DNA from: Marsupella aquatica
Lineage: Eukaryota; Plantae; Marchantiophyta
Direction of reading: 5' to 3'
DNA: 64,000 nt
NCBI GenBank assembly: GCA_973895155.1
Contig: OZ316899.1
Location: 10,317,035-10,381,034 of the forward strand
Below are positions 9,957 through 22,817 of this stretch, piece by piece (position 1 is the first letter of the stretch; every line of letters begins with the position of its first letter). Under the pieces are notes generated by a model. The model was not told the origin of the DNA. It did no database searches and was given only the letters and a program-made list of their open reading frames with translations. The position numbers and the translations under genes are program-made.

Positions 9957-12936
9957 TAAGATGAGGACATCACACCGGTCTCGCACCTAGCACCTGTTTC
10001 TATGACTATACATGATTGGACTCTGATATGGTCATGGATGTACGTGCAGAGGCAGTACATGTGAGGACAGCGGAGGAGTTGACACCCTCAAACATTTAGG
10101 AATTTTGTCTCATTCACTTGAGAATAGGTACATGACTCAGGCACCTATATTTTTTGTTTTTTTGGAGCGTTATGCTACGTCTTTTGGCAAGTACAGTCGG
10201 GGGTGAAATCCTTAACAGGGAGTGTATTTTTCACTTGCATAATAAAATGATAGGGCGTTGAGTGTGTGTGTATAGTGATGGCTCCAAGGTTGCCTCTTCA
10301 CAACCCATTTAGGATTAGGCATCATGATTCTAAATTGTGGATGCGTGAACAAGCTCAGGCCGCCCAAGGTAGGAGTAGGAGGATGAGATGCCCATGCACA
10401 CAGTGCCAAGGATTCAAGTCGTTGAGTTTGAACACTGTGCACCTTCACCTGCTGCGGCATGAAAGGCACCCTCGGTGGAGGGTTTGGAATGTCCCAGCAG
10501 AAGAAGACTCCTCTGATGAAGAGTGGAGAGCTGACTTTGTGGATTCTAATACAGCTAGGCATAGAGACTATGTAAAGCAGGACATAGACGGTGTAGAGGA
10601 TGGTCCTGGGGTACAACATGAGAACGTGGATGACCATGATGGAGATGCAAAGGCAGTCACTGAGGACGGTGGGATGGATGTCCCAAGAAATGTTCCCAAT
10701 ATATTTGTGACAGAGTTGTTGACCTTCCTGCGCCAAAATGTGTTACCAGATGGTAATTCAATTCCAAAAAATATGTACAAGGCTAGGAAATTGATGTCTA
10801 ACCTTGGGCTGAACTATGTGTCTATTGACGCATGCCCTGATGGGTGTGTTCTCTTTCGCAAAGAGCATGCAGATAAATTGACATGCCCTCATTGTGGTAA
10901 GCACAGGTACAAGAATGTAGGGAAATGTACACACCCTGCCAAGGTTCTTTGTCTTTTTTCTCTCATTCCTATACTACAACGTCTGTTTAGATGCCCTGCC
11001 ATTTCCAAGCTGATGACATGGACTTCTGATAACAACAGCAGTGATGGCCTTCAGTGTCACATTGGAGATTCCAACCATTGGAAATTTGTTGATGAGAGGT
11101 GGCCACAATTTGCTGTAGAGAAGCGGAACTTTCGATTTGGTCTATCACTGGATGGAATAAACCCATTTGGAGACAAAAACAACCGTTATTCATGTTGGCC
11201 AGTTACGCTGCTAAATTACAACCTTCCCCCATGGATGACTACAAAGAGGTTTTTTGTGATGATGGTGCTGCTAATCCCTGGACCAGCTTCTGTGACCGAG
11301 CAATTCATAGATATCATGTTGGCTCCAGCAGTGGAAGAGTGGAAGACTTTGTGGATAGAAGGGGTGTTAACCCATGATGTTCTGAAGGGACTTCTTTGAC
11401 CCAGCCCCTTTAGACTGCATGCAATTTGTTTGCTGGATATAGCAGATTACCCAGGCCATGGCATCATATCTAGACGAGTGACAAAGGGCTATGTGGGGTG
11501 CACACCATGTGGGAAAAATGTGACAAGTGAGTGGTCGCATGCCCTGCACAGTATGAAATTTCAGGGGCACAGAAAGTATCTGCCTGCTGATCATCCTTAC
11601 AGGCACACACGGTCTCCAATTGCACACTTCAACAACAAAACAGAGCTTTGTGGCCCACCACAGAGGGTCACCAAAGAGAAAGTCCTGAGGTGAGCAGCCA
11701 GGAAGGCTGATTGGGACAAGAGAAGTGCCACTGATCAAGAACCTGAGGATCCAGTGGTGAAACACGGTGTGAAAAGACAGACCTTGATGGACTTGGAGTT
11801 GGAGTACCGGAGGGTAATGTACTTAGCCTTCAGCCCCTGTATGATCTACATTTAAGATTGGAGCAATGGTGGATTGATGTTGGTTACAATCCTCCTATTT
11901 GGTTAATTAGTGTTTCTGTTGTTGAATTCTTTGCTTTGTGGAGTGCAGGAATTCAAGCCTAGCAAACACAATGTGGACGTCATGCACATTGAGAAAAATA
12001 TTTGTGAGAGCTTGCTGAAGTTCTTGTCGGGTGAGAAAGATACAGGAGCAGTTCGAGCTGATATGCAACAGAAGGGGATTCGCCCTCACCTTTGGTTGAA
12101 GCCCCATGCAAGCAATCCCAATGTACTTCTCAAGTTCCAAGCTCCCTATGTGTGCACACAAGAAGAATGGAAGACATTCTTGTATAGATTGAGCTGTCTG
12201 AAAGTGCCCTTTGGCTATGTTGGTGCCTTCAAGAAGCATATTACAAAGAATAAACTTGGCAGTATGAAAACACATGACTACCATGTGTTGATGCAGCACA
12301 TTTTGCCCCTATGCCTTAGAGGTCTCATGCAAAAACAGTCCGTAATGTCATTCTTCGACTGTGCACTGTATTTCGCCGTATATGTGTGAAAGTGTGGGAT
12401 CCCCAAGGATTGGAGCAGTTGAAGCAGGATGCTGCTTATGTCCTCTGTGACTTGGAGATATACTTCCCCCCTACTTTCTTTGATGTTTTGACTCATCTCC
12501 TAATCCATGTGGTAGAAGAGCTAGGGCAGTATGGGCCAGTCAGTACGAGATGGATGTACCCTATGGAGCGATACATGAAGTTGTTGAAAGGTCATGTGAG
12601 AACATACTATAGGCCAGAGGCTTCCATGGCATTGGGGTACATTAAGGATGAGACGTTGGGGTTCCTAACAGAGTACATGGCTGGGTCTGGTGAAGCTATG
12701 ACAAGAGTTTGGAAATCTGGTGAAGATGATGGAGTGAGTGGCAACATTGTTGAAGGTGTGGGACGTGCTATGCAGTTGTCTGTTGCGATTCGAGACAAGG
12801 CTCATTCATATGTGCTGGCGAACACAGAGCCTATGCAACCATGGTGGAGGTGAGTGATTGAATTGACTTGCCTTTGTTGTGATGCTTCTTGTCTATTCCA
12901 AGGGTGATCTTAGGTTGTCATGTGTTGTTTAGACCT

Positions 12937-15900
12937 TGTGGTGCGTCCCATGGCTCCCTAAACCCAAGAAACCCCTCTGCACAAGCCGATTCCCGTAGGT
13001 TTCGCTCTTGGCAAGGCTGATTTTGCGGCTTAGCGGCATGGGACGCTGCAAACTTCCTTCTACTACTATTACTATTAACATTTTACTCACATATACTGGA
13101 CAGATCCTTCATCGGGTCATGAGATACATAGCCGGCCTATTCTAGGCCTTCCCTTGTCCTCCTCTCTTGGTTTTCCTTTAGGTATGTTTGGATTCCGCCG
13201 CCGGAATGATCCCCAACTGGCTTGGGTAAGCCGCTAAGACCTCTCTTAGCTTGACATATCCAACTCTTACTACCTTGCTTACTCCCTTCTTGGTTGATGT
13301 GGGCAATCTTCAAACAGGTTAATGTGACACGCAAATAGCAAAATGACTCATTCTGACTGAGTTATACCATGCACTTGCCATACAAACAGTACTTCTCATA
13401 TACAAGATCTGCGAACTAAGCCGTGAGGCCAACTCTATTCATCTCTTTGGTATGAGGAAACATGAATATACACAAGGGTCACAGTATAACTAACCAAGAG
13501 CTTCTTTAACTACTTGATCCCAGCCCTGCTGGTGCACTAAAAACTTGCTAAGGAAGAAGGCCCTGAACTCCCCGCTGCCCAGGTACTTATCCTGGTAGTG
13601 GATCCACCTAATTCCTTGCAGCGTAAGCCTAATCTACCTAACTATAATCTACCTATGTACAGCGAGGCAGAAGCACAAGTGTTGCTCTTACCAGTGGATC
13701 CGCAATCCCACTAAGCTAAGTGTTAGGGCCGCCCCTTGGTCCTGATCCTAATTCTAAACTTGGAGATCTGAGCCCGCCCTGCCCACTCACGCCTCCTCCC
13801 TCCACGTTCGCCTCCTTAAAAGGAGCGGCCCTCCACCACCATCATGGCAGCGGTGTCTGGTCCTCAATGGATGCCCCCAACACTTCCTCTGCAGCCACTA
13901 CCATAGGTCCGTCCTCTGACAGATTACCTACTCCGGACCGAGTCAACTCTCCATCGGCCTGACTGGGTCCACCCTCGGCTTCAGCCTCAGCATTGGCCAC
14001 GGCTTCCCCGGCATGCTCTAGTGGTGGATCCGGTACCCCGGCTTCATCACCGAGTATCCTGGCCTCGACTTTGCCATCCCCGCCTTCTAGGGCAGTTGGA
14101 TCCTCTACCGTGACCCTGCCTGAGGTTGGTGTTGGGTTTACCTCCTTGGTCACGACGGCTTGAGGAGCCGTATTACTCCTTGACCCAGAAGGTTTCCGCT
14201 TCTTCTTCTTCTTCTTTGGTTCGGTAGCTGGCCCCTTCCCCTTGCCACTTACCTCCGGCACTGGTGCGAGTGTCTCCGCTTGTCCTTTGCCCAGTACTAC
14301 TCCTGGCAACTTGGTTGCCGCAATTGGAGTTGGACCTAAGGAAGCCAAGCATTTAAATATTGCGGCCTGTTTCTTCAGTCGCTCCGTTTGGTTGTCGGCT
14401 TGCCGCTGTAAGTTCTCCATCTTCTTGGTGGTTTCCTCCAACTCCTCCTGCAATTCATCCAGGTCCTTGCGCGCCTCTCCCGCTCCTTCTGGGCTCCCTC
14501 CAATTCCTTCTTTAAGGTAGCCCTCTCCTCTTGGGTTGCTCTCAGCTCCTTGTCGAGCTCCGTAACGACTTCAGACTCCATTTTATTCATCTTGGCATAA
14601 GTCTGATCAAGCTGGTCGTCTTTCTCATGGAGGTTGGCCTTGAAGCTGGCCGTCATGATTGCAAGCTCCTGCCGCAGCACAATAATCGCCTGATAGGATT
14701 TCCCTAACTTGGCCTCCTTCTCCTCAAGGGCTCCGCGGATATCCTTGAGTTCCCCCTTCAGCGCCCTTTCCCTTCTCTGAGTTTCCGCCATGGCCCAATT
14801 GTTGGCTGCTATGTGGGCCTCCTCTGCGTCTCTCAGCTCTCGCTTCCACTTCTCCTTCTCCTTGATTGAATCGGCCAACTCACCTTGGGTCCGAGTCAGT
14901 TTGTCCTTGATAATCTGATTATCAGACTACACGGTATCCAATTGCCCCTACATGATGTTGAGCTCATGCCGCTTAATCCGCAGCTCATCTTGGGCTTTCT
15001 TGGCCGCCTTCAGGTCTTCTACCTCGGCTTCCCTTGCCCTAAGCCGATGGATGACCTTGTCCTTCTTGCTTCTCTCCAAAGCCACCGCTTCTTCTAATCG
15101 GCGCTTCTCCAACATTTCCCTCTGGAAAAAGGGTCCCTGCTCCAAATCCTCCCCAAAGATGCCGAGCGCAAGTTCCCCACACATCTCCCTGTACTCCATG
15201 GCTCGTTCTTTAGCATAGGCGGAGTGAGTAGAAGTCATCGGCATCATCCACCGCGGCCTTTGTTTCCAAGCCGCCTTGCAAATTTCTTCTATCGTGACTG
15301 GCGGGCTGCTTTGTTTTTCTGCAAGCCGCCTGATGTCCTCTGGCCATTCTCCTCCTGGTAAATCCTTCTCCCTAGCCAGAACTGCCTCTTCTTCCTCCCT
15401 GAGTTGTTCCTGAAACTCCTGTGCCGTCTGTTTTATGCCGTCAAAGCTTGGGGGAGCGACATCTGGTGGGGGAGACTCGGGGCTGCTCTGCTGGGTCGGG
15501 TCCCCTCGAACTACTCTTGGAAGTGTGGGGATGAACCTACCACATGTCCTTATTCCTAGAACATGATGGTCCGACCCGTAGCCGGAGTCATCATTGTCGT
15601 AGCCTTCTACCGCCTCCTCCTTGGCTTGGACTACCGGCTCCCCCCGCTGCTGTCCTGGTCTTGCCGTGAACACGGCCTCACAGATCACGGGTCTTGGTTC
15701 CTCTGGCTTCCACGTTGATCTCAACTTCTCCTTGTCGCGACCAGGAGCTTCGGGCTGCTTTTCCTTGGCTTCAAGACTTGAAGCTCCTACGTACATTCGG
15801 ACTCCTGGCTCGTGTTTCGGTCTTCTTCTCTCCTTGACCCCGGTAAAGGGGTTTTCCCTGGTAAGTTGGCTAAGGCTGACTTTGGGAGCAGTATTCTGTA

Positions 15901-17641
15901 CCGGTCCCGTTGCCGTTACCGTTCTCCTTTCCTTCTCCAGCAATTTCAGCAGATTCTGCATGCCTGGTTGCTGCATTGGCAAGTCCTCCTTCCTCAGCCT
16001 AAACACCTGCTCGATTGTAGGACTGTCGGGCTGGGTTGGTTTCTCTGTTGCCGGCCTCGGTTTTGGAACCTCCTCTGGTGCTCTTGCCTGCAGGGGCAGT
16101 ACCGGGGCAAATATCTGACTTCGGGCATATTGGCACAACAACGGCATATGATAACCAAGCCGGGACACGCTTCCCATGCCGATCACCAACTGTTCCTCCT
16201 TCAAGATCTTCTTTAGTTGGGTGAGGAGGTACCCGTTGTAGTCTTGGCTTGGGTCTGGCCTCTCCGTCAGATACACCTGTGCCTTGCCGATCTCTGCCCT
16301 CGGCAAGTTACAATGCATGGTCACCCGCAAGAAATCGATCATTTCTCCTATGTGCGGGTTGGTGCAGGTGTTTTGGAAGAAGCCATTCTTTGTTGATGGC
16401 CCTAGAAACGACTGGAACTCCTTGTCTGGCAAGGTCTTCCTGGTATCTACTTTGGTCTTATTGCCCATCGGCAAGCCAAACACTTTGGCAATCACCCGGG
16501 GAGTGAGATAGAAATCCTTCCCATACACCCTTGTGGAATTGGTCTCGGGCTCCCATGATCCCATGAATTCTAGTAAGTCTGAATCCGGCACCTCCGGCTT
16601 CAGCCATGGCAACTTTACGAAGGCTTCCAAGCCGGATCCAGCCATGAAGCCCTGGTATTTCCGAGTCTGCATAGCCGTAAAGCATGCATCCTCTTCCCGT
16701 ACAAAGTGTAATTGTACCTCCTTGGGAAGGGTCGCCGCCCAGCCTTTCCAGGTGTCATCTCTTGTTGGAACAACATTGACGGGGTTGACCTCCTCCTCTT
16801 TGGCTTCCGCCTGCCTCCTGCTTCCCTGCTCTGCTGGTTTCCTGGGTGCCGCCGACCTCGTTCTTTTTGCAGGGGTGGCTTCTTCGTTGTTGCTCCCTTT
16901 CCTCTTCATAGCGGCTGCCGTGGATGTTTCTCCTAGCACGGTTGCCTTTGTCCACCCCTCCGTGCTACCCTTCAACTCCCAATGTATGTCGTTGCAGCGG
17001 TTGATGGCCTCTCGGATGCCGACTATTCTGTCCTCACAAAACAGAAGATCGTCGAGTTCGTTGGCAGTAGGCGTCCACAAGAATTCAGCTGTAATGAGTT
17101 CTCCTCCTAAGAAGGCAGACTTCTGCAGCTCCCATAGTCGAGCAAGCTCCTGCCGTTCTTGAGCCGCTCTCTCTGATTCTTTGTCCTTGTAGGTCCCAAT
17201 GTACTCAGTTGCCCGTTCTAACAGGCATCCCCAAAAATGACCAGCTCGATTGACGTTGCTCATACCCTTCTTGAGTTGATTGTCGGTATCTGCTTCCACC
17301 CCGAATGCTTGCCTGAGCAGCGGACAGTAGTTGGCCTCCCATAGTCGTCCGCTTGGCTCGTGCTTGCAAATGAGCCGCCATTCCTTGCGCTCGGTTCTTA
17401 CCCCCCCCCTTGGCTGGTCTTCCTTCCCGTTGGTTACCCATAGCCGCCAGTACTTAGCGCGCCCTAACCCTAATCGTGTTCCCTCCCCCGATGTCCTTAC
17501 TTTCAGCCTCGGCTCGGGTTCCATAGTCACCCTTAATTGTTTATATTTCCCTGTTTTTGTTACTATACTAAGGTGTTTCCTAGGGTACACTCCTGATTTT
17601 ACTATTTAAACTGGCCTAATGATTCCTGGCTAGGCATCACA
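12937..17641 (-). mobile_element. 4.7-kb protein-coding solo-LTR (family A, copy 1) in TNP2 intron 2
   Basis: Minus strand TGTGATGCC...GCACCACA; 5-bp TSD GACCT (12932-12936, 17642-17646); colinear with 57613-62274; no internal terminal direct repeats and no gag/pol. Confidence 0.9.
13842..17524 (-). pseudogene. LTR-encoded protein, family A copy 1 (globular domain + Pro-rich linker + long coiled coil)
   Basis: ORF-track segments 14948-17590, 14375-14878 and 13842-14453 join through one TAG and frameshifts into the protein seen at 57989-61363; shared start MSNVN at 17263. Confidence 0.85.
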
Positions 17642-20600
17642 GACCTAACTATGCCTGTACCTCATATTGCAGGGAATATGATATGCAAAAAGCTGCACAC
17701 TCTAGGCAGCAGGATCCCTTCCCACAGTTTGAGCAGTGGATTCGGGTGGCAATTTGAGAGCATAGTAGACATCACCCAAATATGGAGAAGGAGTTGTATC
17801 TTCTATCTGTGCCACCACGATTGTCTATTCTGACCTACAAACGGATGACAGCTTATGGAAATCATTATCGAGTGAGGGATGAGCAAGGTGACCATTGTGT
17901 ATCATATGATTGTGGTTTGATATCTGTGTTTGAGCAGAGAACCTCTGAAGAACAGAGGGGGTGGATGAAGATGGGTTACGTGGGGGAGTTGACAGACATT
18001 TGGGTCTTGAATTATGGTAACACAAGTGTCCCTATAATATTGATGAAGGGAGCATGGGTGAAATCAGAATGGCAGAGGCCAAGGGCCACCATGAAGCGTG
18101 ATCCTGATGGGTTCTTGTTGGCCAATTTTAGGTCCAGAGTACCAGAATGGTCTGAGCCTTTTGTTTTCCCTAGCCAAGTTGAACAGGCTTCTTTCTAGAT
18201 GTGGAGGGGTCACATGACTGGAGGGTGGTATGCCATAGCCAAGCACGGAACAGGTGGATGGATGGAAGTAAAGTAGAGTTCAGTTTGGACGACCATGCTG
18301 CATTCGAGCATCCTAGTCAGGAGACTGTAGTTCCAACTCGGGCAGGGACCGACTTCATCCCGTTAACATTGAGAGACATATGATGAACCTGGGGAGATGG
18401 AATATGATGAGGTTGATGATGTGCAATAGGCAACAGCTGGCGATTGGCAAGTATGAGGTTGAGGATGACTACCTGCACAGAGTCACATAACGGGAATTGC
18501 TGCCTGGGATGATGTTTAGGATAGTTGGATATGCATGAAATTGATTGATACTTTGAATCTAGTGTGCTGATTCTCCCTATTTGGTTGTGGGTGTTGTGCA
18601 GAAGCTACGGGGGAAGAGGGTGATGACATGGAGACAGGCATGGGGCTTGGAGAGTGGGGTGAAGAGGAAAGATTGGATATGGATGGAGATCCAGATGCAG
18701 GGGGCTCACAGAAAAATGCACTTGTGCAAGATGCACAGGGCCCTCATCAAGTGCCAGGTAGGTGGGCAGCTAGAGAGAAATCACATAATCCATACCCTAG
18801 AAGGAGCCAAAGTTATTGGCAAGAGACGCCTGATGATTATGATGATGACTATGATGGAGCAAAAGATGGATGGGATGAATATGAACACCTAGAGCGTGGT
18901 AGAGACGGGTACAGAGGGCAATGGAAAGGTGAGGAGGATGATTGGACAAGTAAGTGCCTTGTGCTAGTGATTTTGTGATGGTAGTAGAGATTTAGCTCAA
19001 TATGGACTTATCTGATGTCTAGCTATGGCAAAGAGTTTATCTTACAGGTCCATCAGTGTGGCATGTACCTGTTGTTATGCAGACTCTAATTGGGACAATC
19101 ACAAAAACAACAAAGGCCATCCACGTTCAGATAGGAGGCAATCATTCACAGGCGGGAGAAACGACACTAATTCATCAAGACAAAGCAATTGGACAGGTGG
19201 TCCAGAACCATCTATGCGCCAAGGGAGAGGTAACTTGGTCATTGCAGAATTGCTTTGAAGTCCAGTGTATATTTGGCAGCAAAATTTACCCTTCATACTT
19301 ACCTAATGGATCCCGTAAATGTGCAAGGACTCCAGGGAGGTTTGGACAATGCAATCCAGGCCGTGGGGGGAGATCAGGCCGTGGAGGGATCCCAGGCCGT
19401 GGGGGGACACCAGGCCGTGGAGGGACACCTAGTAGCGCTTCAGGGAGTACCAAGGCAGGAGACAGTAACAAATTTGGTAAAGTAGAAGTGAATTCCGATG
19501 GTTGGATAACTCCCACATGTGATGGTAAGAACCGTTGGCATTCTGACCTAAGAGGAGAAGTATTGCGTTGGTTACATTTGAGCATTATAGAGTTTAGGAG
19601 TCAGAACAAAGCTGATTGGGCTGCTATCTGCAAGGACATTCTTGAACGGTGGGACTATGTTGGTAATGATGGTAAGGGCCCAGTTGAAGATTGCATATCA
19701 GATTATGCAATGAGGATTTTGAAACAAGAGAGGCATAGGTTGAAAAGGATGTGGATAGACAATGGTTCTAACAGGAGAATGCCACCACCCCCATCATTGG
19801 AACTGGATCAATGGACACGGTTAATCAAAGGGGTCATGTCGGAGGCTGGACATAGCAAGAGTGAACTGATGTCAAATGCTCGAGGCAAAGTGAAACACCT
19901 TTCACAAGCTAGGAGAGGAAGTTATGCTCCAGTGAAAGAACAATTGGTAACGCAGTGACATGCCTGATAGTAAGCCTCAAACTTATCATCTTGCTACCAT
20001 TATTACATTTTCATTGACAATCAACACTTGGTTTCATTCATATGTATGTTGATGTGGACTGCAGAAGAAATTGATAGGTGAAGAACCAACAGCACAAGAA
20101 GTGAGAGAGGAGTTCATGAAACAAAGGAGTGAGGTGACAAGTGTGACTTCCAAACAGGTGATTATCTTGTAATTTTGTATGTTCTGTGACTATTTGGCCT
20201 TGAGCATCAGAAAGAAATGTAGTAGGAAGTAAGCAACCAGTTCTTGGGGACAGTTATCTGAGATATGTAAGCTGTGTTATGACAAGGAACTGTTACAACT
20301 CTCACAGAGATGTGTGAACGGTTGAAGTCATTAGAGTGTGGACTCCCTCGAGTGGAAACAAAATTGGCTGATCGTTTGGATATTGTGGAGGCATCTGTAG
20401 CAAACCTTCTTGCATCAGTGGAATCTAATTTCAAGCTTGTGATTGAAAAATTGGGTGGTTCCCAACCAAACAATGAGGGCAACATTGTACAAAGTGTGCC
20501 CTTGTTAACAAAAAAGGGAATTGGCAAATCTGACACAGGTATGGAAATGACACCGGCCCATTGTTCATTGTGTCCTATGTTCAAATGTTAGAACTAAGTT

Positions 20601-20889
20601 TTCATGAATTGAGTGAATGGTTTGAATGCAGGAAGAGTGGAGGCAGAGAAGGACCCTGTAATCAGTAAGCAGAAGGGCAAGAAGGTTGCTAAGACAGGTA
20701 ACCTGCTATGATCCAGTATGAATCATTTGAAAAGTGCATGGAGTTTGTGAAGCTTAAGCAGGTTGGAGGTAATCTTTTCTGTAAGAACTGGTTGGATCAA
20801 CTGGGATCTGAAGTGACATCATGATTGATGTATCAGGTGATTCAAAGAGCAATAATGAAAAAGATGTGCCCAGTGCCTCAGTGACCATA

Positions 20890-22817
20890 CACTAGTACAT
20901 ATTTAGCTGATTTCCGATGCTCAATTTTTGCAAACAATTGGCGTCCGATTCTTTTAGAATCGGAAATTCCCATTATCACAAAATGGCAATATGCCATACT
21001 CTCGGCTTTGGATATCTTCATTTCCGATGTAATTAACAACGGAACCTTTCCAATGTGGTAAAAAACAGATCATATCCGTTACAAAATACATCGGATCCCC
21101 TAACAAAAAATTTGATTGATATGTCCGATGTTTTTTGTAACGGAAATGATGTACGTTTCAATATTGATCGGAAAATTTCCGTAGTTGATAAGAACGGATA
21201 TTATATCCGATTGTGGTAAAATGGCAAAGTCCGATGCTGAGAGAATGGGAAAGTCCGATGCTAGTAGAATGGGAAAGTCCGATGCTGGGAGAATGGGAAA
21301 TTTTCATTTTGGCAAAACAACAAATTCCTATTGTGTTAGATGGGGCATGTAGTTGCACCGACATACTCTTCCTAGAAAAGAGGATACAATCATTTTTGCA
21401 TGTTTGAATGACTTCATACTTGAGGCAAATGGACTTAATTGAATGTTGTTCTTGCCTCCTTCCAAGACCCCAAAATATTGTTCCCTTTTGGCAATATTTG
21501 CTCAACATGCAAAATCAAAAATTTATCATCTAAAAGGAGATTGCTTGTCCCATGTAGTCTTTGTTGCAAGTCCAACAACAACATAGTTGATGAAAGATGA
21601 GACAATCGGGAGCTGCCCTTGACGCCAAGGCTTTGGAAGGACCAAAATATTAATCTTCCATAACTAATAAACTATAATGATCTCATGTCAAGTCGGATGG
21701 AGGAGGGCTTTACTATTCATGAATGACCCCAAATTTCTATTGATTGCTCCAAGGGAATGTAAGAGGGTAATCATAATTATAGATCACTCGATGCAAACAT
21801 GCAATATCATGAAAGAGCAAAACTGGGATTTATTAGTCTAATGCCACACTTTTGTGGCATAATCACTACATTGCCACTCTTTTTCTTGTATTTATCAGTC
21901 TGCCACTCGTTTGAGTCATCGGTTAAGAAAAGTAACTCAGGTTAACTACCTAAGATCCGACGTTTGAGATTTCTTTTGGTCTTCCCATTGGACGGTTGTT
22001 GCTTCTCTCACGGTTAAATTTTGAACCCTCAGTATAGTTTGCGAAGGGGTGGGTCGGCTAATCCATTTCTCCTCCCCTCCATTTCTCTGTCACCATAGTC
22101 GAGGCGCACTGACTGCGTCTTTGCTCCACCCTTGCCACTATCATTGCGTCCTCATTTCCCCGGCCCGGGCTGTGTTGTCATTGACCCTAGCTGCCTCTAG
22201 CTTGGCTGGGGTTGCATCGTTGCATGTTGCCTATCGGCCTCTCCCGACTCTGCCCAGCTTAGGTCCAAATTATGGGTCTTAATAAATTTAGAAGTGTATA
22301 AAATCCCTAAACACTCCAAGTCAAACAATAAAAGTGTTAAGCTTGCATGTACATTATGAGGGATAAGAACCACAAAGTTAAGCTCATGTTGGAGGAATAG
22401 CAATTGGGATGGGTGACCACTTAGTTGAGGAATGAAGAGTTGAAATGTCAAAGAAGATGGGCACCTCACTCGTGGTTGCAAAATGAAAGTAAATATACAA
22501 AGGAAGAGATGGGTGACCTGAGCACCCCTCGTCCGCTCCAATGTGTATCCCATTTTCATTGTTTTGCTCTTTCCCATACTCCCAGCATCAGACTTTTCCA
22601 TTCTCCCAACATCGGACTTTCCCATTCTCTTAGCATCGGACTTTCCCATTCTTTCAGCATCGGACTTTCCGATATAAGTCCGATTGTCGATATCCGATAC
22701 TTTTATCATGGCATGTTACGATGCCGACAGAATTGGATGTATGGTTTTTTCATATTTTGTTTTACAAAGACGTCCGATGTGGAGAGAATCAGAAAAAGGA
22801 GGTAAAATGTACTAGTG
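20890..22817. mobile_element. Non-autonomous CACTA (1.9 kb) nested in the TNP1-like gene
   Basis: CACTAGTACAT...ATGTACTAGTG termini, TSD ATA (20887-20889, 22818-22820), many TCCGAT/ATCGGA subterminal motifs. Confidence 0.93.
21220..21300 (+). repeat. 22-bp tandem subterminal array, mirrored in inverted orientation at approx. 22570-22672
   Basis: GAGAATGGGAAAGTCCGATGCT x3-4 versus AGCATCGGACTTTCCCATTCTC x4-5. Confidence 0.9.

Larger units (their letters stand above)
10278..18429 (+). pseudogene. CACTA TNP2/TnpD-like DDE transposase, three exons (approx. 10278-11813, 11949-12849, 17673-18429), disrupted
   Basis: CPCxxC...VHLHL N-terminal motif, IDACPDGCVLF..CPHCG, GLSLDGINPF, YNLPPW, DYPG, DVMHIEKN, FFDVLTHLLIH, RWMYPMERY, YGNHYRV, EPFVFPSQVEQ; GT-AG intron borders at 11814/11948 and 12850/17672; stops and frameshifts. 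Confidence 0.93.

Noticed and set aside
16533-17162. Antisense ORFs opposite the LTR gene (also 58192-58719)
   Set aside because: Shadow frames of the coding strand, no independent domain signal
21220-22672. 22-bp repeats as a CRISPR array
   Set aside because: No spacers, no cas genes, eukaryotic context; they are CACTA subterminal repeats
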